Shown here: positions 1 through 8,805 of the stretch, piece after piece
Layout: the number at the start of each line of letters is the position of its first letter
How positions within the stretch are numbered: position 1 is the first letter of the stretch
Origin: Spirochaetia bacterium
GTDB lineage: Bacteria > Spirochaetota > Spirochaetia > UBA9216
Direction of reading: 5' to 3'
Length of the DNA: 64,000 bases
Assembly (NCBI GenBank): GCA_963677925.2
Contig: CAXXYH010000004.1
Coordinates: 1,504,001 to 1,568,000, forward strand
Notes under the pieces: model-generated
The model's database searches: none
The model's input: only the letters and a program-made list of their open reading frames with translations
What the model was told of the DNA's origin: nothing
Program-made: the position numbers and the translations under genes

Positions 1-365
1 TTTTTTTTCAGACTCTTATTACTGTCATAGACAGTATCCGCAGGCTTCCTCCTGAGTACAGGATTTCCATTGATTCTGTCGGAGCCGGGCGTTTTCAGAG
101 ATTTCTGTTCCTGTATCTGCCGGCAGCTATGCCGGCAATATTTACCTCGCTGCGGATCGGTGTCGGGGCTGCTTTTGCGGTGCTTTTTTTTACAGAAGCT
201 TCTATAACCAGAGGTTACGGACTCGGCAGGCTGGTAATTGAAAGCTGGTCCAGGCTCGATTACGGGACTATGATTCTGGCGGTTTTGCTGTCTGCCGTAT
301 CGGGACTGGTTCTCTTTATAATTATTGATTTAGCTGAAAAACGGCTATTAAAGTGGAAGGCCTGA
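1..365 (+). CDS. NitT/TauT-family ABC transporter permease, 5'-truncated by the window edge
   Basis: The frame is open from nt 3 (FFQTLITVIDSIRRLPPEYRISIDSVGAGRFQRFLFLYLPAAMPAIFTSLRIG...), with an EAA-like loop and a GLG motif typical of SsuC/TauC permeases; stop at 363-365. Confidence 0.85.
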   Translation, partial: FFQTLITVIDSIRRLPPEYRISIDSVGAGRFQRFLFLYLPAAMPAIFTSLRIGVGAAFAVLFFTEASITRGYGLGRLVIESWSRLDYGTMILAVLLSAVSGLVLFIIIDLAEKRLLKWKA

Positions 366-1166
366 GTTCTTTCGGGTATTCCATCTGCACAGCAGTCCCT
401 CTGCCAGCCTGATTGTTCCAAAAATTACTCCGCTTATAAAAGTTAGTACCAGGATACCGCTGTAAAGATCTGTATAATCCATCCGTACCCGTGAGTCCAT
501 TATATAAAAGCCCATACCATAGGTGGTTCCGAAATATTCAGAGAAAAAAAGTACTGCCACCGAGATTCCTGCTGAAATCCGTAATGTTGAAAACAGCCCC
601 GGAAGCACTGCCGGCATGATCAGATACCTCAACTCGTCCGTTTTACCACCTCCGGAAGCCTGCAGGGATTTATAATAGCTTTCATCAATTCCGGCGGTGC
701 TGTCTCTTACGCTTATGACTATTTGAAAGACAAGCGAAAAGGTGATCAGCAGTACTTTTGAAAACTCTCCTATCCCGAAGGCCAGTACGAATATCGGAAT
801 CAGGGCCGTTTTGGGAAGGGGGTAGAGCAGGTAGGAGGCAATGCTTATGAAGCCTTTTCCTGAAGGTCTGCTAAGCCTGCGTCCGCGGATACCGGCAGCA
901 ATACCTGCAGGTATTCCAATCAGTGCTGCTATAAGGCTGCCGGCGGCTATCCGGTAAAGACTGTAAAGCATATGATGAATAAGTCCGGGGCTGAATGGAA
1001 TACTGTATAAGCAGGCTGAGAACCGCGGCAGCAAGGGCGTATCAGCCAGTACCGCCGCTGTTTCCCAAAGGATGAAAAATGAGGATAAAATCAGGGCAGG
1101 TAGGATGTATCTACCAGTTCCCCGAAAGAGTATTCTTTTTTGATAAGCTGTCTTGAGCTCAGCCAT
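348..1166 (-). CDS. NitT/TauT-family ABC transporter permease
   Basis: Hydrophobic 272 aa with YPLPKTALIP and IMPAVLPGLFSTLRIS motifs of SsuC/TauC permeases; GAGGT just upstream of the ATG; overlaps the 3' end of the binding-protein gene. Confidence 0.85.
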   Translation of the reverse strand: MAELKTAYQKRILFRGTGRYILPALILSSFFILWETAAVLADTPLLPRFSACLYSIPFSPGLIHHMLYSLYRIAAGSLIAALIGIPAGIAAGIRGRRLSRPSGKGFISIASYLLYPLPKTALIPIFVLAFGIGEFSKVLLITFSLVFQIVISVRDSTAGIDESYYKSLQASGGGKTDELRYLIMPAVLPGLFSTLRISAGISVAVLFFSEYFGTTYGMGFYIMDSRVRMDYTDLYSGILVLTFISGVIFGTIRLAEGLLCRWNTRKNSGLPL

Positions 1167-2047
1167 TCGATTACCTCTTTTACTTCCTTCTCCGGAGGAG
1201 CTGCTGCCTTTGTGTATGCCGGAAGTTCCATGACTTCCTTTGCTGCCGGAGGGAATCCCATCTCGCTTATAATGCTGTCGATATACTCATTTTTATCTGT
1301 TTCGATGAGATAATCAACCGCCTTGTTGTAGGCTGTAAAAAGAGCAGTTAATGCCTTGCTGTTTTCGGATGCGTAGTCGGTTCCAGCAAGAAGAATTCCA
1401 GGATTAATTCCGAGTTTATCGGTGGATGTGAGCACATTTGCTCCGGAAGTTACCGATACAGTCGCAAGCGGTTCTGCGAGGGTTGCTCCGTCAATCCTGC
1501 TGTTTGAAAGAAGTTCAAGTCTGACGGGAATCTGGGGGATAATTTCCTTAACAATAACTGAATCGGATAATCCGCCCGCCTTGAGCATTTTATCGGTTGC
1601 ATATTCGATTATTGTATTCTTTGAGATACCTATGCTTTTACCGGTAAGATCGCTTATGGATGTAATTCCCGATTCTGCTGATGTGAGCAGTTTATATGAA
1701 CCGTTTGTAGCTGCAACAGCCCGGACGTCAAAGCCGCCGTTCACGGAAAATGCGGCGGCAAGCAGATCTGAAATCACCAGGTCAATTTCTCCTGCTTGAA
1801 AGGCTGCATCCCTGTCATTGGGGTTTTTGAACTGCATTATTTCAACTTCAATGCCTTCTTCACCGTAGTAGCCGTTAAGATCGGCAATAACGAATGGAAT
1901 TGAATCAACGTCGGGAAGCACTCCCAGACGAATGTGAGTTATCTGTTCAACTTTATTGATATCTGTACTTTTTTCTGAATTTCCTGCTGAAAAAGCAGAT
2001 ACTGTCAGCATAAGCATCAGCAGCATCAAAAGAAATTTTTTAATCAT
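1091..2047 (-). CDS. ABC transporter substrate-binding protein (NMT1/SsuA-like)
   Basis: Signal peptide followed by RLGVLPDVDSIPFVIADLNGYYGEEGIEVE, an NMT1/SsuA-like pattern. ATG 2047 preferred because GGAG lies 7 nt upstream (the track starts at 2059). Confidence 0.85.
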   Translation of the reverse strand: MIKKFLLMLLMLMLTVSAFSAGNSEKSTDINKVEQITHIRLGVLPDVDSIPFVIADLNGYYGEEGIEVEIMQFKNPNDRDAAFQAGEIDLVISDLLAAAFSVNGGFDVRAVAATNGSYKLLTSAESGITSISDLTGKSIGISKNTIIEYATDKMLKAGGLSDSVIVKEIIPQIPVRLELLSNSRIDGATLAEPLATVSVTSGANVLTSTDKLGINPGILLAGTDYASENSKALTALFTAYNKAVDYLIETDKNEYIDSIISEMGFPPAAKEVMELPAYTKAAAPPEKEVKEVIEWLSSRQLIKKEYSFGELVDTSYLP

Positions 2048-2075
2048 TCGAATCTCCATATAATTAAAATGTCGC

Positions 2076-2092
2076 TTAGTAATTATTACTAA
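2076..2092. promoter_or_regulatory. Palindromic operator-like site upstream of the ABC binding-protein gene
   Basis: TTAGTAAT-T-ATTACTAA, perfect 8 bp arms in the divergent intergenic region. Confidence 0.45.
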
Positions 2093-2163
2093 ATAAATAA
2101 TGTATAGTTCAAGCCCTTTAAACCGGGATTAACCCATATTCCATAAGGGTATATTATATAGCC

Positions 2164-2610
2164 GTGGATTGCAAAATTAAGCAGATTACGGAAGGAAATT
2201 ATACCTGTTTATCAAGCCTCGTGAAAGACAGGACGGCCATTGATTTTTCCTTTGTTAAATCAGCTTTTGATGAATGGATTTCGGGAAAAAACAGATTTGA
2301 CCGAAAAGGTGAAATACTTCTCGGTGTTTTTGCAGGGGATGAGTGTGCCGGAATTTGCGGCCTGAATATTGATCCCTATGCTGAAGACTTGCGTCTTGGC
2401 AGAGTCAGGCATCTGTTTATATGCGAGGCCTACCGGCGTCAGGGCCTTGGACAGCAGCTGCTGACCAGTATCATAGAACAGGCTTCAGAGAATTTCGACC
2501 GGATTCGTTTATATACAGACAGTAAAGCTGCAGCAGCTCTATATGAGAAAACGGGGTTCAGGAAGTCCTTCCGATTTAAAGAAAGTCACATTATGGATTT
2601 GAAAGTTTGA
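2164..2610 (+). CDS. GNAT-family N-acetyltransferase
   Basis: RVRHLFICEAYRRQGLG acetyl-CoA motif A and LYEKTGF motif B. Confidence 0.85.
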   Translation: MDCKIKQITEGNYTCLSSLVKDRTAIDFSFVKSAFDEWISGKNRFDRKGEILLGVFAGDECAGICGLNIDPYAEDLRLGRVRHLFICEAYRRQGLGQQLLTSIIEQASENFDRIRLYTDSKAAAALYEKTGFRKSFRFKESHIMDLKV

Positions 2611-2641
2611 CTGCCTAATAAAATCATGATAATCTCAGCGC

Positions 2642-3052
2642 ATGACAGAAACTGAAATAATTGTGAGATATGCCGAAACCGACCAGATGGGGATTGTTCA
2701 CCATGCTGTTTACCCGGTCTGGTTTGAGGCTGCCAGAACAGATATGATGGAAAAGGCGGGCTATCCCTATTCGAGAATTGAGGAAGAAGGGATTATGATT
2801 CCACTCTCCCATCTTGAGTGTGATTACCTTGCCGGAGCAAAATATGGAGAGAGGGTGATTGTAAGCTGCAGAGTTGAAAAGCTTTCAATCGCACGCTTTG
2901 CTATGGCCTATGAGGTCCGGCGGAAGGATGACGGTGAGCTGCTCGCAACCGGGAAGTCGATGCACGGCTGGACAGATACGAATCTTAATGTGATTAATCT
3001 GAAAAAACGAGCTCCGGATTTATATAATTTTCTGGAGAATATGGGGAAGTAG
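2642..3052 (+). CDS. YbgC/FadM-family acyl-CoA thioesterase
   Basis: VRYAETDQMGIVHHAVYPVWFEAAR hot-dog thioesterase signature. Confidence 0.9.
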   Translation: MTETEIIVRYAETDQMGIVHHAVYPVWFEAARTDMMEKAGYPYSRIEEEGIMIPLSHLECDYLAGAKYGERVIVSCRVEKLSIARFAMAYEVRRKDDGELLATGKSMHGWTDTNLNVINLKKRAPDLYNFLENMGK

Positions 3053-3112
3053 GAGTTCCGCTGTGAGATGCGTTGAACGGTTCAGGGCGGCCATTTATGA
3101 TATTTTTGAAGG

Positions 3113-3655
3113 ATGGAAAAAGTGATTGAAATGAAAAATTCAGAATTAATTTATAAGGCCTGCAGCCTTGGTCTGCAGACAAAAAGCCTTAATAATCACT
3201 GTTCACAAGCCTGTCTGTGCGGGATAGCACCTCATATCGGGCTTGATGATGCTATGGCCCTTAAGATGATGGCCGCTATGGGCGGAGGTATGAGGCATGG
3301 ACAGCTTTGCGGTGCTGTGACTGCAGCCGGAGTAGCATTAGGGCTGGAATTCGGTGCGGAATCTTTAAAAAAGAATCCTGATGAAACTGCCCGGGATAAA
3401 AGGCTCGGGGAGCTTACCGAGGAATTTGTTGCAAGGTTTAAGGATGTATTGAGCACTACGCTCTGTGATGACATACTAGAGTCCGAGCTTGAATCTTTCA
3501 GCTGGGATATGCCTGAGGAGCTGAATTTTGTACCTAACACGGATAATGAAAACGGAAATGAGTACAACATAAAGCATCCATCCTGCGGAGTAGCGATAAC
3601 CAAGGCCATTGAAATAGCCCTTGATATTATCTACCGGGAGAGAGACTTGGCTTAG
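3113..3655 (+). CDS. C-GCAxxG-C-C family putative redox protein
   Basis: HCSQA...GGGMRHGQLCGAVTAA...TLCDDIL...SCG cysteine pattern. Confidence 0.8.
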   Translation: MEKVIEMKNSELIYKACSLGLQTKSLNNHCSQACLCGIAPHIGLDDAMALKMMAAMGGGMRHGQLCGAVTAAGVALGLEFGAESLKKNPDETARDKRLGELTEEFVARFKDVLSTTLCDDILESELESFSWDMPEELNFVPNTDNENGNEYNIKHPSCGVAITKAIEIALDIIYRERDLA

Positions 3656-3656
3656 T

Positions 3657-4505
3657 TCAGGGAGCAATGGCCTTTTCATAGAAATGCTGTGCGAAAGGAT
3701 TATCATTATATCTTTCAATTTCATGATAACCGTATCCCCGATACATGGCCTTTGCTTCGTTAAGATTATCGTTGGTATCCAGCCGGACTGTTTTTTTTCC
3801 GGCCCGGAAAGCCTCTGCTTCAAGCTGTCCAAGTATTTTGGAAGCGATTCCCCGCCCCCTGCAGGATGAAGCTACCCACATTCTTTTCACTTCTGCAAAA
3901 TCGGGATACATTACTACAGCACCGCATCCAACGGTTGCTCCATGAAGATCTGCAATAAAAAATATACCATTCTCCATTTGTCCCGGATCAAAGTGCATCC
4001 CGAATCTGTCTGAAAGTTCAGAATAGTATGATTCAAGAGATTTCTGAGCACGGGGGTCGGATTCTTTGACCCTGATCAACTGAACCGCGGCGGTTTCAAG
4101 CAGCTGTTCAACTTTTTTCATTGCCCCGGTAAGAATCTGCTGTTTTTTTTCAGGCAGTTTTGTCAGCAATTCTGTCATCTCTAGATCTGAAAGTCTGTTC
4201 AGTTCCTGCAGTTCAATAATTCCCGCTTCAGTCAGCTGAACCTGCCGAATCCGGCGATCCTTAGGAGAAGGTTCAGTTTTAATCAATGATTCCTTTTCGA
4301 GAGTCCGTAGCAGGCGTGACATGTAGCCTGAATCAACCCCCAGCCTGTCCCGCAGCGTACGTACCTCTGCTCCTTCAGTGCCTATCTCATATATTAATCG
4401 CGATGCCGCAAGGGGTCTTGGACGGCCGAGATACTGCCTGTTGAATATGCCGATGCTGCGGGTTACGGTGCGGTTGAATTCCCGCATAATCTCAATATTA
4501 TTCAT
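3657..4505 (-). CDS. Bifunctional MarR-type HTH regulator / GNAT acetyltransferase
   Basis: N-terminal LGVDSGYMSRLLRTLE...DRRIRQVQLT MarR wHTH; C-terminal EVKRMWV...RGRGIA GNAT. Confidence 0.88.
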   Translation of the reverse strand: MNNIEIMREFNRTVTRSIGIFNRQYLGRPRPLAASRLIYEIGTEGAEVRTLRDRLGVDSGYMSRLLRTLEKESLIKTEPSPKDRRIRQVQLTEAGIIELQELNRLSDLEMTELLTKLPEKKQQILTGAMKKVEQLLETAAVQLIRVKESDPRAQKSLESYYSELSDRFGMHFDPGQMENGIFFIADLHGATVGCGAVVMYPDFAEVKRMWVASSCRGRGIASKILGQLEAEAFRAGKKTVRLDTNDNLNEAKAMYRGYGYHEIERYNDNPFAQHFYEKAIAP

Positions 4506-4531
4506 AATATCTGATTTTAGTCAGATATTAT
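4504..4531. promoter_or_regulatory. Probable autoregulatory operator of the MarR-GNAT gene, overlapping its -10 and start
   Basis: ATAATATCTGA-TTTTAG-TCAGATATTAT, perfect 11 bp arms; the minus-strand promoter TTGAAC-17-TAAAAT overlaps it. Confidence 0.7.
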
Positions 4532-4574
4532 TACTTGTTCAAGATTTTAATTAAAGATACAGGAAAAAAATAAC

Positions 4575-4594
4575 TACGACACAGGGCTGTCGTA
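4575..4594. promoter_or_regulatory. Palindromic regulator site upstream of the GyrI-like gene
   Basis: TACGACA-CAGGGC-TGTCGTA, immediately followed by a TATACT hexamer. Confidence 0.6.
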
Positions 4595-4632
4595 TATACT
4601 GTATTATCCTCGTTTTAACAGGAGTGAAAAAT

Positions 4633-5256
4633 ATGAAACATGAATGGAAAAAACAGGAAAAGCAGTTTTATCTTCCTAAAAATAAACCGGAAATTATTGA
4701 GATACCCGAAATGAAATTCTTTACTGTCAGCGGTGAAGGAAACCCCAATGATGAAGCCTTGGGTGAATATATCGGTGTTCTCTACTCGCTGTCATATGCT
4801 GTCCGGATGAGTCCGAAGAAGGGATTAGCACCGGATGGATATTTCGAGTATACAGTGTATCCGCTTGAGGGAGTGTGGAGTCTGACAAAAAAGGGAATTG
4901 CTGAAAATGACGGAAGTCTGAATAAAGATCATCTGGCTTTCACATTGATGATACGGCAGCCTGATTTTGTGACTTATGAGTATGCCCTGGAAACAATAGA
5001 ACGTCTAAAGAAAAACAAGCCGCATGAACTGCTTGAAAAGGCTGATTTTCAGACTTTAGCAGAAGGTAAATGCATTCAGATGCTGCACAATGGCCCCTAT
5101 GATGATGAACCGGAAAGCTTTGCTATGATGGAAGAGTATGCTGAAAGCATCGGAGTAAAAAGACTGTCTAAGAATCATCGTGAGATTTATCTGTCTGATG
5201 CCAGGAAGACAGAGCCTGTAAAGCTTAAAACCGTTCTGCGGTTTGAGTGCGAATAA
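4633..5256 (+). CDS. GyrI-like small-molecule-binding domain protein
   Basis: YTVYPLEGVW, CIQMLHNGPYDDE and HREIYLSDARKT motifs; GGAG 8 nt upstream of ATG 4633. Confidence 0.85.
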   Translation: MKHEWKKQEKQFYLPKNKPEIIEIPEMKFFTVSGEGNPNDEALGEYIGVLYSLSYAVRMSPKKGLAPDGYFEYTVYPLEGVWSLTKKGIAENDGSLNKDHLAFTLMIRQPDFVTYEYALETIERLKKNKPHELLEKADFQTLAEGKCIQMLHNGPYDDEPESFAMMEEYAESIGVKRLSKNHREIYLSDARKTEPVKLKTVLRFECE

Positions 5257-5262
5257 GAGAAA

Positions 5263-5290
5263 AAGGCCGGAAGTGAATGTTTCCAGCCTT
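5263..5290. terminator. Probable bidirectional intrinsic terminator
   Basis: AAGGCCGGAA-N8-TTCCAGCCTT hairpin between convergent genes, flanked by A- and T-rich runs. Confidence 0.55.
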
Positions 5291-5306
5291 ATTTATCGGC
5301 TGCTCT

Positions 5307-6323
5307 CTATTCCGTTGTGAGGCTGAATTTATCCCAGAATCCATTGGATAGAATAGCTACATCATCAGTCTTATCATCAGTAGTTCCTGAATCATAGACT
5401 GAAATTATATCACTAACATCGATATTGAAAGTTATTGTGGTTTCTTCGTCAACTGCTATGCTTTCCATCGGCAGGTATAAGACGGGGGCTGATGCGTTTG
5501 CAATGCCGGGTGAAACATTTCCGTAATCCGACAGAAGTATACTGTCGCCCCAGTCCGGAACAAGAATTTCTGGGGCAGAGCATTGCGAACTAAGCAGATA
5601 ATAACCTATTCGAATGGAGCGCTGTCCATAGGGGACATCGGCTTCATCAACAGGATCAGGCAGGAGTTCATAGAGCATAAACCTGAAAGTATTTCCGCCG
5701 AGATTTTGCCGGAAATATCTACCGGTAGGGTCTCCTGTACTGATATCTGTTTCTTCAATATCCGGCCATTCAGCGACCGTGTAGCCCGGTATTTCTACCG
5801 TGATATATGGTTCCAATGTTAGGTTAAAAGTCTCGGATCCTGTAAAAGTTGATGTTTCCAACACACAGGAATCAATATTCAATACTAACGAATCATAAAC
5901 TCCAATCCAGGTCTCGGCTGTAATCATAAATGGCTCATCAGCTACAAAATCGACATGCATTGAGTCTTCCAGACTCTCTGCATCTGTGTAATTATAGGCT
6001 GACTGAAATGGAATGTCCCATAATTCCTCGCCGTTTCCGGTATCTATCATCCCGGTAAGAAGGGGGAAGCCCAGAGGCAGAGTGAAAGATGTCGGGGTGA
6101 GAACTGAAAGTCTTGTACCAAGGCTGCCGTACACAGCATCAAGTTCGCTGATTGAACTTCTTGATTCTAGAGTTCTCTGAGCAATTCGTCCGGAAGTCTT
6201 TCCGGCGTTCGGCGCTGCATTAAATGTTACATTAGTTAAGCCTGTACCTCCGCATCCTGAGATAATTCCTGCAGTCAGAATTAATAAAAGTAGTTTTGAC
6301 AGATTTTTTGCTAAGTTTTTCAT
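5307..6323 (-). CDS. Hypothetical lipoprotein
   Basis: 338 aa; basic N-terminus, hydrophobic stretch and IISG-C lipobox; acidic, Ser/Thr-rich mature part. Confidence 0.75.
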   Translation of the reverse strand: MKNLAKNLSKLLLLILTAGIISGCGGTGLTNVTFNAAPNAGKTSGRIAQRTLESRSSISELDAVYGSLGTRLSVLTPTSFTLPLGFPLLTGMIDTGNGEELWDIPFQSAYNYTDAESLEDSMHVDFVADEPFMITAETWIGVYDSLVLNIDSCVLETSTFTGSETFNLTLEPYITVEIPGYTVAEWPDIEETDISTGDPTGRYFRQNLGGNTFRFMLYELLPDPVDEADVPYGQRSIRIGYYLLSSQCSAPEILVPDWGDSILLSDYGNVSPGIANASAPVLYLPMESIAVDEETTITFNIDVSDIISVYDSGTTDDKTDDVAILSNGFWDKFSLTTE

Positions 6324-6390
6324 ACGATGAATGCCTTTCTCATTAAGATTATGGCCTTCATTTTAACTGAGTGTCTGAATCACATACAAG

Positions 6391-6425
6391 CAAAAAAATC
6401 TGCCTGCTGAAAAATTGGCGGTTAT
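6391..6425. repeat. Direct repeat copy 1 (about 34 bp), including the stop codon of the histidine kinase gene
   Basis: CAAAAAAATCTGCCTGCTGAAAAATTGGCGGTTAT; its 20 bp core GCTGAAAAATTGGCGGTTAT is identical to 8122-8141. Confidence 0.85.
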
Positions 6426-8059
6426 GAGACTGAAATTCTATCTACACCTCTGATTTCAGGAAAACTAATTGACCAATTCACTCCGTTATCGGTTTTAACT
6501 TTTACGGTTCCGTTCAGCTGGTGCTCGCCGATGTTAAAGATTGTAAATATACCGAAATCATTCTTTTTATTGAGATCAACTGATGAGGGAAATCCAACTC
6601 CGTCATCATTGATTTCCAGATGAATCAGTTTTTCAGGTGTAAAGTTCAGTGATACTGATAAAATCCCCGATCTTTTACCGGGGAATGCGTGAACAAAGGA
6701 GTTTGATATAATTTCCTGAAGCAGCAGCCCGCAGGGAATGGCTGTGTCCAGAGTTACATTAACTTCTTCCAGGTTAAAATGATATTTGATACGGCTGCTA
6801 TCCAGTTCCAGATTTCCAGCAAGAAGCAATACAAGATCCCTTATATACTCAGCAAGGTTGATATTGATCAAATCGCCCGATTCATAGAGTTTTTCATGAA
6901 CCAGGGCCATGCTGTGGATACGGTTCTGTGTTCCGACGAGGACACTCTGGAGTTTTGCATCCTGAAAAAAGGAATTCTGAATTCCAAGCAGGGCTATGAT
7001 CAGCTGCATGTTGTTCTTTGTCCGGTGATAAAGCTCCTGTATTAGAAGTGTTTTTTCCTGCAGTGCTCTCTCAAGGTGCTGTTCAAATAACTTTCTGTCA
7101 CTTACATCATTATATACGATGGCAACTCCATGATCCGGAAGAGGTACAGGTGCCGCTGTGACATTCAGCCAGGTGATTGCCCCCTCTGAACTGATGAATC
7201 CGATTTCCGAATTTTCAACCTTTCTGCTCTCCCGAAGTGCTATTACTCCAGGATATGCTGAAGATTCCAGTTCATTTCCACTGGAATCTACAATATTCCA
7301 TTGATTTCCGTTAAGCATTCGGCTGGTATGTTCCTTGTGGGGAAGTTTTAAAATCTTTTCAGCTATATCATTTGTTTCAATTATTTTTCCTTCATTATCA
7401 GTAATTGTTATGCCAAGAGGAAAAGATTCAAACAGCACACGGTATTTTTTTTCACTGATTACCAGAGCCTGTCTGGTTTTCAGGCTGGATTCCTCTCGCC
7501 GCAGCATAAGCCCGCCCAGAAAAATGCCGATAAATATTGCAGTTCCGTAAGGTAGGCCCATGCTGAGCATTAAATTCAAGCCGGTTTTCAGATCTCCCAC
7601 AAAAAGAAATCCGGGTAAAATGATAATCACTGTAAAAAGGCTTTGAAATACGGCAGAAGATACTCTGGTAAAGCTTTTTCTTTGGAAATAAAGTATGCTT
7701 CCGGCTGAGGCTGCAAGATTAACACCTACAATTCCTGCCAATACGCCGCTTCCACCAAGATAATATCTGTATGCGCCTGCAAATGCTGCACTTATAAAAC
7801 CTGCCAGCGGACCTCCGAATGCTGAGCTTAATGCTATTACGGCATTCCGCTGATCAACGATTACTCCTTCAAAAACAGGAATTTTTGCGTACATACTTAT
7901 GATCGCAAAAACACCGAAAGCTACACCTGTAACTGTCTGCTGTTTTAGTCTGCTTAGTTTCTCACTGAGATTATATAGATATCTGTAGATATAAATTAAA
8001 GCAATGAAAACTGCCAGATTGTTAAATAATGCAAGGAACAGTAATCTTCCGCCTATCAT
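6422..8059 (-). CDS. Sensor histidine kinase (5TM-5TMR_LYT, PAS, HisKA_2-type)
   Basis: N-terminal DQRNAVIALSSAFGGPLAG LytS-type membrane domain, PAS domain, H-box ELYHRTKNNMQLI, N-box EIISNSFVHAF, G-box DDGVGF. Confidence 0.88.
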   Translation of the reverse strand: MIGGRLLFLALFNNLAVFIALIYIYRYLYNLSEKLSRLKQQTVTGVAFGVFAIISMYAKIPVFEGVIVDQRNAVIALSSAFGGPLAGFISAAFAGAYRYYLGGSGVLAGIVGVNLAASAGSILYFQRKSFTRVSSAVFQSLFTVIIILPGFLFVGDLKTGLNLMLSMGLPYGTAIFIGIFLGGLMLRREESSLKTRQALVISEKKYRVLFESFPLGITITDNEGKIIETNDIAEKILKLPHKEHTSRMLNGNQWNIVDSSGNELESSAYPGVIALRESRKVENSEIGFISSEGAITWLNVTAAPVPLPDHGVAIVYNDVSDRKLFEQHLERALQEKTLLIQELYHRTKNNMQLIIALLGIQNSFFQDAKLQSVLVGTQNRIHSMALVHEKLYESGDLININLAEYIRDLVLLLAGNLELDSSRIKYHFNLEEVNVTLDTAIPCGLLLQEIISNSFVHAFPGKRSGILSVSLNFTPEKLIHLEINDDGVGFPSSVDLNKKNDFGIFTIFNIGEHQLNGTVKVKTDNGVNWSISFPEIRGVDRISVS

Positions 8060-8107
8060 TCTAGTATTTTAGGTCTGGCGGTGGGTAATGTCAAACTATT
8101 ATGTTTT

Positions 8108-8141
8108 CAAAAAATCTACCCGCTGAAAAATTGGCGGTTAT
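8108..8141. repeat. Direct repeat copy 2, including the stop codon of ubiX
   Basis: CAAAAAATCTACCCGCTGAAAAATTGGCGGTTAT; two substitutions and one indel relative to 6391-6425. Confidence 0.85.
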
Positions 8142-8743
8142 TCCCCCCAGCGTTTACTCAGGCTGTTATAAATGCCTAGGTGATCCAGGATTCTTGCTGT
8201 TACAAAATTGACTGCATCTATGAGGGTGCGGGGCTGGGTGTAGAATCCTGGGGACGCAGGCAGTATGGTTGCACCCGCCTCATCGAGTGCGAGCATATTT
8301 TTCAGATGAATGCGATTGTAGGGTGTTTCTCTCGGTACGGTGATGAGCTGCCGCTTTTCCTTCAGGCAGACATCTGCTGCCCTGCCTATTAGGCTCTGAA
8401 GAGTTCCGTTGGCAACCGACCCTAGTGAGGACATACTGCATGGAACTATCACCATTGATTCTATTCCAAATGATCCGCTTGCAGGGCCGGCGAAGAGGTT
8501 TTTATTATCGTGTACTGTTATGGCAGGAGTGTCCTGCGCACTTATTTTTTCAATCCATCCGCTAATATCTGCAGCATCAATATCTGTCTCGAACTTAAAA
8601 ACATCTGCTCCGGTTTCTGAAAAAACAAGGTGGATATCACATCCCGCCTTCCACAGTTCCTCTAAAAGCCTCAGTGCGTATATGGAACCGCTGGCTCCTG
8701 TTACCGCTACTAATATTTTCCTGTTCCTGTTTACATCGCTCAT
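8138..8743 (-). CDS. ubiX: UbiX-family flavin prenyltransferase
   Basis: VAVTGASGSIYA, PASGS, VPCSMSSL, RAADVCLKEKRQL and PRETP motifs. Confidence 0.93.
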   Translation of the reverse strand: MSDVNRNRKILVAVTGASGSIYALRLLEELWKAGCDIHLVFSETGADVFKFETDIDAADISGWIEKISAQDTPAITVHDNKNLFAGPASGSFGIESMVIVPCSMSSLGSVANGTLQSLIGRAADVCLKEKRQLITVPRETPYNRIHLKNMLALDEAGATILPASPGFYTQPRTLIDAVNFVTARILDHLGIYNSLSKRWGE

Positions 8744-8805
8744 AGCATAAATATAATATATATATCCAGCTTAAAACCACCCTTTATATTTTCAAGTAAT
8801 CAGGA

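Noticed and set aside
6340-8141. Direct repeats beginning at TAAC stop codons read as integron attC sites
   Set aside because: No proper RYYYAAC/GTTRRRY pair or long bottom-strand hairpin, only two copies, and no integrase in the window.
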